IMG/VR virus record: IMGVR_UViG_2778261178_000002
Reading direction: 5' to 3' (one strand)
Length of the DNA: 36,637 bases
Source of the DNA: a virus
Taxonomy: Duplodnaviria > Heunggongvirae > Uroviricota > Caudoviricetes
Both the position numbers and the translations under genes were made by a program. Every line of letters begins with the position of its first letter. The first letter of the stretch is position 1. Positions 26,422 through 36,162 of the stretch are shown here, piece after piece. The notes under the pieces are model-generated. The model worked only from the letters and a program-made list of their open reading frames with translations, made no database searches and was not told the DNA's origin.

Positions 26422-28392
26422 TTAAAGGTCATCAATTAAACCTAAAGGCAAACCGTCCTCACCAACCGAGCTATAATGAGCGATAATATTCGAAAGTTCA
26501 CCAGTAGAAAACGAATTAGGCAAATCATTATCAACTAATATAATCTGGCACGGAACATTTTTTCTTTCTGCTTTTTGAACTGTATTCAATAGTTGTTCAT
26601 AAATATTTTGATACTTCATCGGATCTGACATTCCCTCAAGGTCATCCTCGACTGCAAGAGTTTCTTTTGAATATTTTTCCTTGGTCTGTTTCCCTAAATA
26701 TTTGCCAACCGTATCAAATATCAAAAGTAAAGGATGGTTAACATTATGATCTATTGCATAATCAAGAATAGACAAAAGATACCCAATAGAAGAAATAGTT
26801 CTCAAACCTCCGGATGTTATTTTAAAATATTCTTTTTCTCTTATAACAGGAATGTAATAGCTTTCAGAGATTTTTATCCCCGTTCTGTTTTTGATATTAA
26901 TACCCTTCAAATACTGACTAAATCTATCACCCAAACCTTGTAAAATGCCCTCCATGCTAGGTGCGTTTTTCTTTAACGCCTCCAAGCGTTCAGTTAATGC
27001 TTCAATATCTTTTCTCAGTACCTGATACTTTTCAAGCAGTTCCTCTTGCTGGTTTCTAACCTTCAAATCTTTTACTAACTGCTCCCTAACCTTCTCATTT
27101 TTTGATATCTCTTTAATATAAAAATCTCTCTGAGTCAAGAATGGTGTAATCATTGACTGGCTTTCTTCGTCAATCAATTCTCTCAACTCGTCAAGTCGTT
27201 CATCTAATTCTTTTTTATAACCTGATTCTTTTTTTAATTTAAATGACATTTCTGAGATCATGTCATTAATATTTCGTCTACGTCGACTAAGTGAATTCAA
27301 CTCTTCATTAAGATCTTTTTCTGATGAAATTTCAAATGGAAAATCAGAATCATCTATTTTAATGTGGCTATCACAGATTGGACAGGAAAATATTTCCTTA
27401 TCCAATACACCAATGCGAGAATTTGCTGTTTTAATCGCTTTAAGTTTTTCAATATCATTATCATAGTCATTTTTTAACCGCGAATATTTATCAATCTTAT
27501 CCTCAAGCGCACTAATATTTAATATGCACTCTTTGTATTTAAGCGAAATAAAATTGTGAGCATCTTTAAATTCTGTATACTGTATGGAATCCGCTTTCAT
27601 ATTTTTATCGAGAGCAGACAAACCTGCAACAAGTTCTTCTAAAACAAGATCTATCCTATTAATCTCATCATCAATTGATTCAATTGTTTCATAGTCTGTA
27701 TCGCGAAGAAATTCAGATATTATCTGATACTTCCTATTTAATTCCGTTACTAAACTACTTTTTGCAGATATTTCACCTTGGAGTCTGGCGATGCTTTCAT
27801 CCAACACATTGAACATGTATTTAAAAACTTCTTTCGTAAATGCGTAGCGGGACCAATCACCCAATCGCAAGAAAGATTTACTACCAATATCATCCTGACT
27901 TACATAAACAAATTTATATATATTTCTAAAACTTAACCTGCGCATCTGTGAATGCGCTTTAGAAGGAGACACCTTAATTTCAATCTTTGGAAAATTAAGA
28001 CTATCAAGTAAAAACTCCGAAAAAACACCATCAACATTTGATAATGGGCTATAATTAGGAGCGTATTTTTTCGGAAAATGTTTATGTAAATCATCAAACT
28101 TACAACGATAAACTTCTATTGCTTTTTTATGATCATAGATATCTCTTACGATTGTGAATACAGTATCATTGATCACTACTTCAAGAGCAGCATAGTTTAC
28201 TGATGTTTTTATTTCATCTGCTAAATCTATAGAGCTAGCACCTAAAAGATAATTAATAAACTCCAGAATGCTTGACTTACCTGTGTCAGAGTCTCCGTAG
28301 ATAACATTGAGACCTTTATAAAAAGTAGTGACGTAGTTTTTACGAACACCAACAAGAATCAAACTATTGATATTGAGATATGATTTCATCAT
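26422..28392 (-). CDS. SMC/Rad50-like ABC ATPase with long coiled coil (Lamassu LmuB-like / ABC-3C ATPase)
   Basis: N-terminal Walker A GDSDTGKSS; central coiled-coil-like region with a CxxC (FSCPICDSH) hook-like motif; C-terminal ABC signature TSGGLRT and Walker B LLLIFDT; SD AAGGAGAA; ATGA overlap with the upstream gene; AT-rich. Confidence 0.6.
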   Translation of the reverse strand: MMKSYLNINSLILVGVRKNYVTTFYKGLNVIYGDSDTGKSSILEFINYLLGASSIDLADEIKTSVNYAALEVVINDTVFTIVRDIYDHKKAIEVYRCKFDDLHKHFPKKYAPNYSPLSNVDGVFSEFLLDSLNFPKIEIKVSPSKAHSQMRRLSFRNIYKFVYVSQDDIGSKSFLRLGDWSRYAFTKEVFKYMFNVLDESIARLQGEISAKSSLVTELNRKYQIISEFLRDTDYETIESIDDEINRIDLVLEELVAGLSALDKNMKADSIQYTEFKDAHNFISLKYKECILNISALEDKIDKYSRLKNDYDNDIEKLKAIKTANSRIGVLDKEIFSCPICDSHIKIDDSDFPFEISSEKDLNEELNSLSRRRRNINDMISEMSFKLKKESGYKKELDERLDELRELIDEESQSMITPFLTQRDFYIKEISKNEKVREQLVKDLKVRNQQEELLEKYQVLRKDIEALTERLEALKKNAPSMEGILQGLGDRFSQYLKGINIKNRTGIKISESYYIPVIREKEYFKITSGGLRTISSIGYLLSILDYAIDHNVNHPLLLIFDTVGKYLGKQTKEKYSKETLAVEDDLEGMSDPMKYQNIYEQLLNTVQKAERKNVPCQIILVDNDLPNSFSTGELSNIIAHYSSVGEDGLPLGLIDDL

Positions 28393-28901
28393 TTCTCCTT
28401 GAAAACTTGATTTATAACAGAGTTTAACTTAGAGGTAGGCAATGCTTGTAGCGGTAACAATGCTTCGGATAGTCGTTTTATTTCTTTAAAATATCCATCA
28501 GTCAATGAGCTAGCAAATTCCTTACCTTTTTCAGATAAAAATAATTTAACACTCTCATTATTTTTTTTCTCAGCTGAGAGCAATCCCCGCAATGACATAA
28601 TTTTTATAAGATATTTCACTTTGGAATTGTCGAATAAGATATCTACATTTGATGAAAAACTCTTTATTGTATAAGTTAACTGGGACTCGACACAAGCAGG
28701 CTTTTTCCCCGAAATTGTAAGAGCATAATCAATTTTTGATGGGTTTTTTATCAGATACATAAAAATTTGTATTTTATTAATATCTAATGATAACACTCCT
28801 TTTTTGCTATGAGATAATATAGATATAGCAATGGCAAGCATAGCAAAATTCAAGCTATACTCTTCATCAAGAGGAATATACGGCAAGTTATTTTTCTTCA
28901 T
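28389..28901 (-). CDS. Small middle-component protein (LmuC-like), function unknown
   Basis: 170-aa ORF translationally coupled on both sides (14-nt overlap upstream, ATGA overlap downstream); SD GAGGT; no recognisable catalytic motif. Confidence 0.4.
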   Translation of the reverse strand: MKKNNLPYIPLDEEYSLNFAMLAIAISILSHSKKGVLSLDINKIQIFMYLIKNPSKIDYALTISGKKPACVESQLTYTIKSFSSNVDILFDNSKVKYLIKIMSLRGLLSAEKKNNESVKLFLSEKGKEFASSLTDGYFKEIKRLSEALLPLQALPTSKLNSVINQVFKEK

Positions 28902-30111
28902 GATTACCTCGCCGTAATTGCTCCAAAGTTTCTACGCTGGTTTCAGATGACCAGACAATATCTCTATCATTTTTGTTAGCCAGTTGATGCAACATTCCTT
29001 TCTTATGTATCGTTTCTAAACTTTTTATAAGAGAATCTAACGACGACTTATCCTCTTGGGCTATTCGTCTATGAACAGCAGCAATAAATTTATCTGGGGA
29101 AATTGAATTCGCGATATATTGCTCATACTCTTCCTGGTAAATCTCCCTTATTTTAGAATACAAATGACCAAGTAGTTTCCTATCGTAATCACTCGTAAAA
29201 ATATTTCTCGCAAGCTCAGCATTATAATAATATTCCTTTGCATGCATAGCGATATCCTGATGTATATCTGCGACAATCATTTTTAAGACGAAATACTCAT
29301 TATCATATTGTTTCTCATCAGAAAAACGCTCAACACATATCTTCTTGGGTGCTTCTAAATTTATCTGCTGAATAAATTGCTTTACCGCAACAAACACTGT
29401 AGACGAGCTGTTTTCGGGCTTGCAAATTGAGCTATGCCCTTCATTAACTGCAATTGAGTTATTTCGTTCACTATCCATCGGTAATGCGCTTTTTTTATCA
29501 ACTATAGTGTCATGAGAACCATAAACATATCTAGTGATAGGAAGTTTTTTGCTACAATTTATCCAGCGCCTATTCAATGTATCAGTCGCTTCACTTAACA
29601 ATCCAAGATCTACTAACTGAGCATTTGAAGATACCATTGAAGTTATATTCGCCAATTTAGCACCAAAGTGAGGGACTGCTAACGAAATGAATCCAATTAT
29701 ATTAGATTGTTCCTCATGCTCAACTTTTTTTAGAATTAGATTTTTTGATATTAACCCCCCCATACTATGGGCAATTATTATAATTCGAGAGTAATCACTT
29801 AGCGTTACCCTAATCTCAGTATACAATAACTCAGCTATTTCATCAGTTGGTAAATTTCTCTCTAACTTATTTTTCTTAGAGAAAATACGAGCCAATAATC
29901 CTGACGTTTTAGCATACGTTTGTGTAAATTTTGTGAAATAGTTGAAACATGCAATATCAAATACATTGCCAATGTCTTCATCTTCTGCTAATAGTTTTGG
30001 AAATGAAGTTTCTTTATTAAAGTTCCATGTTTCCAAACCACCATTTAATCCATGTACAAATAGTATCAGGCTATCTTTTTTCTCGTGGCTTATCCATTCA
30101 ACCATGCTCAT
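28888..30111 (-). CDS. Alpha/beta-hydrolase (lipase/esterase-like Ser-Asp-His) effector with C-terminal helical domain (LmuA-like)
   Basis: N-terminal LILFVHGLNGG, nucleophile elbow AHSMGG, candidate Asp (GSHDTIVD) and His (NEGHSS); C-terminal about 170 aa with no catalytic motif; first gene of a three-gene operon. Confidence 0.55.
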   Translation of the reverse strand: MSMVEWISHEKKDSLILFVHGLNGGLETWNFNKETSFPKLLAEDEDIGNVFDIACFNYFTKFTQTYAKTSGLLARIFSKKNKLERNLPTDEIAELLYTEIRVTLSDYSRIIIIAHSMGGLISKNLILKKVEHEEQSNIIGFISLAVPHFGAKLANITSMVSSNAQLVDLGLLSEATDTLNRRWINCSKKLPITRYVYGSHDTIVDKKSALPMDSERNNSIAVNEGHSSICKPENSSSTVFVAVKQFIQQINLEAPKKICVERFSDEKQYDNEYFVLKMIVADIHQDIAMHAKEYYYNAELARNIFTSDYDRKLLGHLYSKIREIYQEEYEQYIANSISPDKFIAAVHRRIAQEDKSSLDSLIKSLETIHKKGMLHQLANKNDRDIVWSSETSVETLEQLRRGNHEEK

Positions 30112-30200
30112 ATGCTTTTCTGCCGTGTATAAAAATTAAACCATAACAAACAATTCCTCAACAATAACATATTGTTACCCCGTTTGACCGTTCTTTTCAA

Positions 30201-32483
30201 CTACCACTCACGCTGTCTGTCAAAAAAGTCGATATCGTTATCAAATTTAAAACGCTTATGCCCAAAATCCAAAACAGCTCCGCGAGCGAGAGCTTCAAGC
30301 TCCCAATAACTAGCCTGAATGTCACTTTGTGCAAGAAGAACCTTAATTTTCGGGATAGTCTTTCTCTCCTGTCTTGTCAACCGGGCGGATGGGGCAGGAA
30401 AGTAGCTTCGACCATTGAAAGGGGTAAAGCTCTGCTGTGAACGATTACTGCATTTCAGTTCATTACTCAATAAGTCTCTAAGTACCTTCATAATGCCTGG
30501 CTCGGTCCAACTTAGAATCCCTTCATCTATTAAATTTAACACCGCTGCAGCATGCTCAGTCGGTGTGGGTGCCGGTAACGAAGTATCACCACCGTTGAGC
30601 TTTCCACAGTTATTGACAGGACTCCGAGGCGCGGCGATGCCGCTTTTTAAAGTCAAAGGCTCAACGACCGGAACTTTCGGCACAATGCGCCAGTCCGTCG
30701 TTCTGGTGATATGAATATGACGCGCGCCGAGATGCGGCGCGTAAATGCCGACCACTCTCTCGACCTCTTCCTCGTACTCGTTAACGTCATCCGACGGGCT
30801 ACGGGCGACCCTGACAGTCTGACAATCGCGCGGGACATTTGCCCCACCCTGCGCGCTGATATACAGCGCAAAATCGCCACTGTCTGCGGCGGCGCGTGCA
30901 GCCTCCACGCGTTCGTCAAATTCATCAGCAATGCTGACGCCGCGAGGCAATTTACGTAGCTCACGGTAAGCTCCCATTGTCGGCAGGCCAACCGTTTTAA
31001 ATTGCGGGATGCGCCACGTTGACGCCCATGCGGTAACAGCCGCGGCAGTATCTTTCAGCGGTCTGCCGGTATCGTTATCGAGCTGACCATCCAGTGCATA
31101 GCCGTCGATATTTTTTGAAATGTATTTCGCGATATATCCCGCAGCACCGCCCCGGTTAAGGTGTTTTGCCTGAAAACGGTTTCGCGCGGCTCCTCTTTCG
31201 TCGCCATCCTCTTTGAGCGCATAGCGACGCATGATTTCGATAATCTGGTTACGCTGGCGTGGATTACAAAAAAGCATCATATGCCAGTGCGGCGTTCCGT
31301 CGTGGTGTGGCTCGACGACTCGCAAACCGTAGACCTGTAAATCATTATCCTTGAATGCCGTGCGCATCAGGCTCCAGATACGGCAGAGATAACGCTGCGC
31401 ATCCTTTGGATTAAATGCCTCATCATTCCAGCCGTGATTAAGCTGGACGGTTTTATTTTCGCCTTTTCCAACCTGACGTGTCGGGTGATACTTTGACGGC
31501 GCGGTAAGCGTGATAAACATCCCCACATCACCCTCTGAGGCGGCGTAACGCTCAATACCGGCAATGGTGTTCATCAGCTCCATCCGGCGAATTTCAGGAT
31601 TAGAAATACTGCCCATCACCTTACTGATAAGGTCGATGCGTTCGCCGGTTTCCCTGTTTTCAAGGTCACACGATTTAAGAAACTCCAGATTTGCCTGGCG
31701 GCGCGCACGCACATCACGAATGGCATGTTTACTGGCATAAGGAGAACGGTCTTTATTGACCTCCCCGACAGCAATCAGTAACGCCTCATGCCAGCGCATA
31801 CGCTGGCCTTTAAGCTGATGAGTCCACCACTCATCGTTAAACAGGCGGGCAATGGCAGAATATGCCTGCCTCGTGGTCATCTGCCCTTTACGGTATTTTC
31901 TCCAGTAAAGCGGAGAAATATTGAAAGCACGTGCAGCGCCAGCAACATGACCATACAGGTGAGCCTGCGCCTCATCCGTAAACAGCGATTCTTTTTCGCC
32001 ATGCGCATCCACCCAGGCATCGCAGAGTTCCTCATACATCATGAAAAGCTGCGATGAGATTCGGGCGGCAAACTTTTTCAGCTCCTTGTCATTCATCCCC
32101 GGCAGGCGCGCATACTGGTCGCGCTCTGCCAGAAACAGCAACGACGCGTCGGTGTTCATTTCATGGCGCTGATTCACACGCTCAATGCGCGGCCATAAAC
32201 GACGCTGAAAAGTGGATGTGAGGAAATAAAACCCGTGCACCGGGCTTTTATTGCGCCGGATGTAGTCATAGCGTGAAGTAAACAGCGAGCGCAAAAAGTA
32301 AGGCAGGCGGTTAATCGTGGATAAAACACCTTGCACCTGACGCATCTCGTCACGTGTAAGGGGTCTTTCGCGCCCGACAGCCTCGCGTGGCGCGTTCCAT
32401 GCATAAGCACCGGTAAACGCCTTACCGGTGCCTGCGGCAAATGCTGACGGAGGGACAAAACGCCCGGAGGCTTTAACGGCCAT
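30201..32483 (-). CDS. A: Replication initiation protein gpA (rolling-circle nicking endonuclease)
   Basis: About 760 aa from ATG at 32481..32483 (MAVKASGRF...); the ORF track's 774-aa version uses an upstream TTG; position as in P2. Confidence 0.8.
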   Translation of the reverse strand: MAVKASGRFVPPSAFAAGTGKAFTGAYAWNAPREAVGRERPLTRDEMRQVQGVLSTINRLPYFLRSLFTSRYDYIRRNKSPVHGFYFLTSTFQRRLWPRIERVNQRHEMNTDASLLFLAERDQYARLPGMNDKELKKFAARISSQLFMMYEELCDAWVDAHGEKESLFTDEAQAHLYGHVAGAARAFNISPLYWRKYRKGQMTTRQAYSAIARLFNDEWWTHQLKGQRMRWHEALLIAVGEVNKDRSPYASKHAIRDVRARRQANLEFLKSCDLENRETGERIDLISKVMGSISNPEIRRMELMNTIAGIERYAASEGDVGMFITLTAPSKYHPTRQVGKGENKTVQLNHGWNDEAFNPKDAQRYLCRIWSLMRTAFKDNDLQVYGLRVVEPHHDGTPHWHMMLFCNPRQRNQIIEIMRRYALKEDGDERGAARNRFQAKHLNRGGAAGYIAKYISKNIDGYALDGQLDNDTGRPLKDTAAAVTAWASTWRIPQFKTVGLPTMGAYRELRKLPRGVSIADEFDERVEAARAAADSGDFALYISAQGGANVPRDCQTVRVARSPSDDVNEYEEEVERVVGIYAPHLGARHIHITRTTDWRIVPKVPVVEPLTLKSGIAAPRSPVNNCGKLNGGDTSLPAPTPTEHAAAVLNLIDEGILSWTEPGIMKVLRDLLSNELKCSNRSQQSFTPFNGRSYFPAPSARLTRQERKTIPKIKVLLAQSDIQASYWELEALARGAVLDFGHKRFKFDNDIDFFDRQREW

Positions 32484-32748
32484 ATGAGCCAAAAGCCTCT
32501 GAACAACGCCTGCTGAGTTGCTCAACCTGCGCGTTTAAATCAGCAAAAGACTTTGCGCTTCCGGTCAGAATATCGTGATGCATCAGGCCGGAAACGAGCT
32601 GGCTTAATTTCGGATAATAACCAACCACCGCCAGCCATTCCTGACCGGCGTTTTTACCGCTTTCCGCTCTCTTTTTCTCGTGGAGAATAAACTGAAAGCT
32701 GTCACTGGTAACGACATAACGTTCGCCAATTTCAATACGAATACTCAT
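32473..32748 (-). CDS. Hypothetical early protein (P2 orf83-like position)
   Basis: 91-aa ORF in the early operon upstream of A; no recognisable motif. Confidence 0.5.
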   Translation of the reverse strand: MSIRIEIGERYVVTSDSFQFILHEKKRAESGKNAGQEWLAVVGYYPKLSQLVSGLMHHDILTGSAKSFADLNAQVEQLSRRCSEAFGSYGR

Positions 32749-32969
32749 GCCGTTCTCCGGTAATGTTTGTTTTTTGCTTCAAAGACTGACTGGCAGGAAA
32801 CACAACGCGTGGCTGACGGATAAGCCGCACGACGGGCAGCAGGTATTGGCGCGTCACACTCTTCGCAAATCAGCGCAGAAGCACCGCAATGTTTTACCCT
32901 TGCCGCGTTAATCTGACGCTCCAGTAATTCAGCCTGTTGTTCCTGAATAAAATCTACGTTGTCCGGCAT
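32745..32969 (-). CDS. TraR/DksA-family C4 zinc-finger protein (P2 orf82-like)
   Basis: 74 aa with CEECDAPIP...RCVSCQ four-cysteine motif. Confidence 0.7.
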   Translation of the reverse strand: MPDNVDFIQEQQAELLERQINAARVKHCGASALICEECDAPIPAARRAAYPSATRCVSCQSVFEAKNKHYRRTA

Positions 32970-33274
32970 TACCAGCTCCTTTTGTCGTTAAGTTTTTTAA
33001 ATTCATCAGCGCAATAGCTGGCAATTTCTGTCGTTAATTTCGTCAGTTCATCCACGGAGGAGATTTGCTTGTGAAATACAGCGCGTTTAACAAGTAAATT
33101 GACCACATCAGACAGGAGATTTAATTCGTTCTGATAAATCGCGATAACAGACTCAGTTATTTCGCGTTTTTCTTTATCAAGACCAAGTTGAATAAGAGAT
33201 AAATCGCCATTTTTCATAACGGCGATTTTTAAGGCGTTATTCAGTAATACAACTGAACGAGAACAGGACATCAA
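32969..33274 (-). CDS. Hypothetical early protein (P2 orf81-like position)
   Basis: 101-aa ORF translationally coupled within the early operon. Confidence 0.5.
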   Translation of the reverse strand: MMSCSRSVVLLNNALKIAVMKNGDLSLIQLGLDKEKREITESVIAIYQNELNLLSDVVNLLVKRAVFHKQISSVDELTKLTTEIASYCADEFKKLNDKRSW

Positions 33275-33495
33275 AGCACCTCCCCGCGAGACAATCCGAT
33301 ATTGTGAAATTTTTCCGACTCCTGACTGAGCAGCTCGACTATCTCCACGCGGGATAACTCCGCCTTTGTGATGTGGCGAATCATGGCGTCAAGATGAGAA
33401 GAAAAGCGCGTCGCTGCGTCGGCCTGTGCTTCGGTTCTGGCCTGTTGCAGCAGTAATGCGTATTTACCGCACTGATTTTCAGAAACTGTATGCAT
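33271..33495 (-). CDS. Hypothetical early protein (P2 orf80-like position)
   Basis: 74-aa ORF translationally coupled within the early operon. Confidence 0.5.
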   Translation of the reverse strand: MHTVSENQCGKYALLLQQARTEAQADAATRFSSHLDAMIRHITKAELSRVEIVELLSQESEKFHNIGLSRGEVL

Positions 33496-33558
33496 GACTT
33501 TCTCCAGGCAAAAAGAAGCCCCGCACGATTAAGTGCGTTAAAAACTCTGGTTAATTAC

Positions 33559-34059
33559 TTAATGCAGATATTGCTCTGGTTTTACCGACGTCAGAATTGT
33601 CGGTGCATACTCAAACAGACTGAATAATTCACGTAATGCACGGAATAAAGCATCACGCCAGTAACATGATTCTTCATTAATTCGCCAGTATGGCTGGTTG
33701 AATTCTTTTTCTGTCAGTCGTGCGTGCATAAATAAAGTGCGACGCTGACTGACAGTTAAAAAGCTAATATATGCATACTCACTTGCACCGACCTGACGGC
33801 GTTTTGAGAATGCCCCACGCAGTTCATCAATTGCACAAACCAGCCGTTCACGTTCGACGTCGTTCATTTCTTCAAAACGCATCGTTGCGTGACGTTGTTT
33901 TAACTGCGCATGAAAGCAAACCGTTAACCGTTCACGCTCCATCATCTGATTATAATAATCACATGTATCCTGCCAGCGAGGAACGGCAAGATGCTTACCA
34001 ATTATCCGGCGCATAGCTGCTGGCTGTTTTTCAACGAGATTGAGCGTCATCACTGTCAT
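33559..34059 (-). CDS. B: Replication protein gpB (helicase loader-like)
   Basis: 166 aa, same length and position as P2 gpB. Confidence 0.75.
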   Translation of the reverse strand: MTVMTLNLVEKQPAAMRRIIGKHLAVPRWQDTCDYYNQMMERERLTVCFHAQLKQRHATMRFEEMNDVERERLVCAIDELRGAFSKRRQVGASEYAYISFLTVSQRRTLFMHARLTEKEFNQPYWRINEESCYWRDALFRALRELFSLFEYAPTILTSVKPEQYLH

Positions 34060-34250
34060 TTCCAGCCCCTCCGGCTTTTCAGAAAGGTCAGAGCCTTCTT
34101 TAACGGACTCTGTTTTTTGGTGCGGATAATGATTCCCTTGCGTCCCTTCCCGTGGGTGATGGTGAAGTCAATCGCCCTGGGGCTTTCGTTACGCAGTAAC
34201 TGAGCAATACAACGAGGCTCATTCATACGGTTCTCCTTAACGTGGTTCAC
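34056..34250 (-). CDS. Small basic early protein (P2 orf78-like)
   Basis: 64-aa Lys/Arg-rich ORF between cox and B. Confidence 0.5.
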   Translation of the reverse strand: MNHVKENRMNEPRCIAQLLRNESPRAIDFTITHGKGRKGIIIRTKKQSPLKKALTFLKSRRGWK

Positions 34251-34512
34251 CGAGACCTAACCACATCAACCAGCCGTCACGAATCTCTTTAGGGCGGCTT
34301 TCATAAGCCAGTTTTAGTCCGTTATTCCATGCCGGAAGGTATACCCAATATTCACCTGCACGACCTGAAGCTGATTGTGGATCGGTCATATCAATTACAG
34401 GCAGCTTTCCTTTATCGATCATCCGACGAACCGCTCCTGTCGATTTTCCTATTAGTTTTGCGAACTCCTGATAAGGAATCGCATCAGTCATGAGTGTTAC
34501 TTGCTTGCTCAT
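34237..34512 (-). CDS. cox: Cox, excisionase and repressor of Pc
   Basis: 91 aa, first gene of the early operon, divergent from C. Confidence 0.8.
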   Translation of the reverse strand: MSKQVTLMTDAIPYQEFAKLIGKSTGAVRRMIDKGKLPVIDMTDPQSASGRAGEYWVYLPAWNNGLKLAYESRPKEIRDGWLMWLGLGEPR

Positions 34513-34626
34513 GTCGTCCTCCAGCCCTCATGAATTGCGTTTAATGCCTTATAATGCCTTTTAGTGCCCACATCCAAGCACTAAACAATCTACATCTAAA
34601 CTAAATACTATTGAGATCTAAACACC
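34513..34626. promoter_or_regulatory. Immunity switch: candidate Pe (minus strand; -35 TTGACA at 34628..34633 extending into C, -10 TAGTAT at 34605..34610) flanked by direct repeats TCTAAAC (34595..34601, 34617..34623); candidate Pc -10 TATAAT at 34550..34555; direct repeats TAATGCCTT (34542..34550, 34552..34560)
   Basis: Promoter hexamers with 17-bp spacing read from the sequence; the 7-bp direct repeats are 22 bp centre-to-centre and flank the -10, matching the operator arrangement described for P2 repressor C. Confidence 0.5.
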
Positions 34627-34926
34627 ATGTCAAACACGATAAGCGAGAAGATAGTCTTAATGCGAAAATCAGAGTATTTGAGCAGACAACAACTTGCTGA
34701 TTTAACAGGGGTTCCGTATGGCACGCTGAGTTACTATGAAAGTGGTCGTTCAACACCTCCAACAGATGTCATGATGAACATCCTGCAGACCCCACAATTC
34801 ACCAAATACACTTTATGGTTCATGACCAATCAGATCGCTCCTGAGTCCGGGCAAATTGCGCCCGCTCTCGCACACTTTGGGCAAAACGAAACAACGTCGC
34901 CCCACTCCGGTCAAAAGACTGGTTAA
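34627..34926 (+). CDS. C: Immunity repressor C (HTH)
   Basis: 99 aa with helix-turn-helix-like segment (SRQQLADLTGVPYGTLSYYESG); upstream of int on the same strand. Confidence 0.8.
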   Translation: MSNTISEKIVLMRKSEYLSRQQLADLTGVPYGTLSYYESGRSTPPTDVMMNILQTPQFTKYTLWFMTNQIAPESGQIAPALAHFGQNETTSPHSGQKTG

Positions 34927-35041
34927 CAATTCATCGTGAATATATTCATCACAAGTGCCTACTATTGGTGGCTAAATTTCAGCCACCACGAAAAAAGCGA
35001 TTAGTAGTCGCCAAAAAACACACCACTCGGAGGGTTTTCTG

Positions 35042-36055
35042 ATGGCAATCAAAAAACTCGATGATGGTCGATATGAAGTGGACATCCGCCCTACTGGACG
35101 TAATGGAAAACGCATCCGTAGGAAGTTTGATAAGAAAAGCGAAGCTGTCGCTTTCGAGAAATACACGTTGTACAACCACCACAATAAAGAATGGCTATCA
35201 AAACCAACAGACAAGCGACGTCTGTCGGAGCTGACACAGATCTGGTGGGATTTAAAGGGTAAACACGAAGAGCATGGGAAATCTAATCTTGGAAAAATTG
35301 AAATCTTCACAAAAATAACGAATGACCCATGCGCATTTCAAATTACGAAATCGCTTATCAGCCAGTACTGCGCCACCCGAAGAAGTCAGGGTATTAAACC
35401 TTCGAGTATCAATCGTGATTTAACATGTATTAGCGGCATGTTTACAGCCCTGATTGAAGCGGAGTTATTCTTTGGTGAGCACCCTATCAGAGGGACAAAA
35501 AGGCTTAAGGAGGAAAAACCAGACACAGGCTATCTCACGCAGGAAGAAATTGCCTTACTGCTTGCTGCTCTTGACGGCGACAATAAAAAGATTGCGATTC
35601 TTTGCCTGAGTACTGGAGCACGTTGGGGAGAAGCAGCTCGTTTGAAAGCAGAAAATATCATCCATAACCGCGTCACGTTTGTTAAAACGAAAACAAACAA
35701 ACCACGCACCGTCCCGATCTCAGAGGCTGTAGCCAAAATGATCGCGGATAACAAACGAGGTTTTTTATTCCCTGATGCTGATTACCCTCGCTTCAGACGA
35801 ACAATGAAAGCAATAAAACCGGATTTGCCAATGGGGCAAGCCACACATGCATTAAGGCACAGCTTTGCCACTCATTTCATGATTAATGGAGGAAGTATTA
35901 TCACGCTACAACGGATACTAGGTCACACGCGGATTGAGCAAACTATGGTTTACGCTCATTTTGCGCCAGAGTACCTTCAGGACGCCATTTCTCTTAATCC
36001 GCTAAGAGGTGGTACTGAGGCCGAGAGTGTCCACACAGTGTCCACAGTAGAGTAA
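35042..36055 (+). CDS. int: Tyrosine integrase
   Basis: 337 aa; C-terminal catalytic motifs (HALRHSFAT...LGHTRIEQTMVYAHF); adjacent to attR. Confidence 0.9.
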   Translation: MAIKKLDDGRYEVDIRPTGRNGKRIRRKFDKKSEAVAFEKYTLYNHHNKEWLSKPTDKRRLSELTQIWWDLKGKHEEHGKSNLGKIEIFTKITNDPCAFQITKSLISQYCATRRSQGIKPSSINRDLTCISGMFTALIEAELFFGEHPIRGTKRLKEEKPDTGYLTQEEIALLLAALDGDNKKIAILCLSTGARWGEAARLKAENIIHNRVTFVKTKTNKPRTVPISEAVAKMIADNKRGFLFPDADYPRFRRTMKAIKPDLPMGQATHALRHSFATHFMINGGSIITLQRILGHTRIEQTMVYAHFAPEYLQDAISLNPLRGGTEAESVHTVSTVE

Positions 36056-36134
36056 CGTTTAAGGGCTTTCAGTGGTAATTTATGCCGCTCAAACCCGCAT
36101 TGTACCGTTGAAAGCCCCTACTGGTGCCCCCCTA

Positions 36135-36162
36135 AATCTCCCTTACACGGGCTTATTTTTTA
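36135..36162. repeat. attR core (28-bp direct repeat)
   Basis: Exact copy of 1507..1534; carries only the CyaR terminator portion. Confidence 0.8.

Larger units (their letters stand above)
1507..36162. mobile_element. P2-like prophage (Peduovirus-type), apparently complete, integrated at cyaR
   Basis: Bounded by 28-bp att direct repeats; full complement of P2-homologous genes in P2 prophage order with int next to attR and ogr next to attL; cos site present internally. Confidence 0.9.

Noticed and set aside
36056-36134. Inverted repeat GGGCTTTCA...TGAAAGCCC between int and the attR core, considered as a terminator
   Set aside because: The roughly 36-nt spacing and lack of a T-tract argue against an intrinsic terminator; more likely part of the attP arm.
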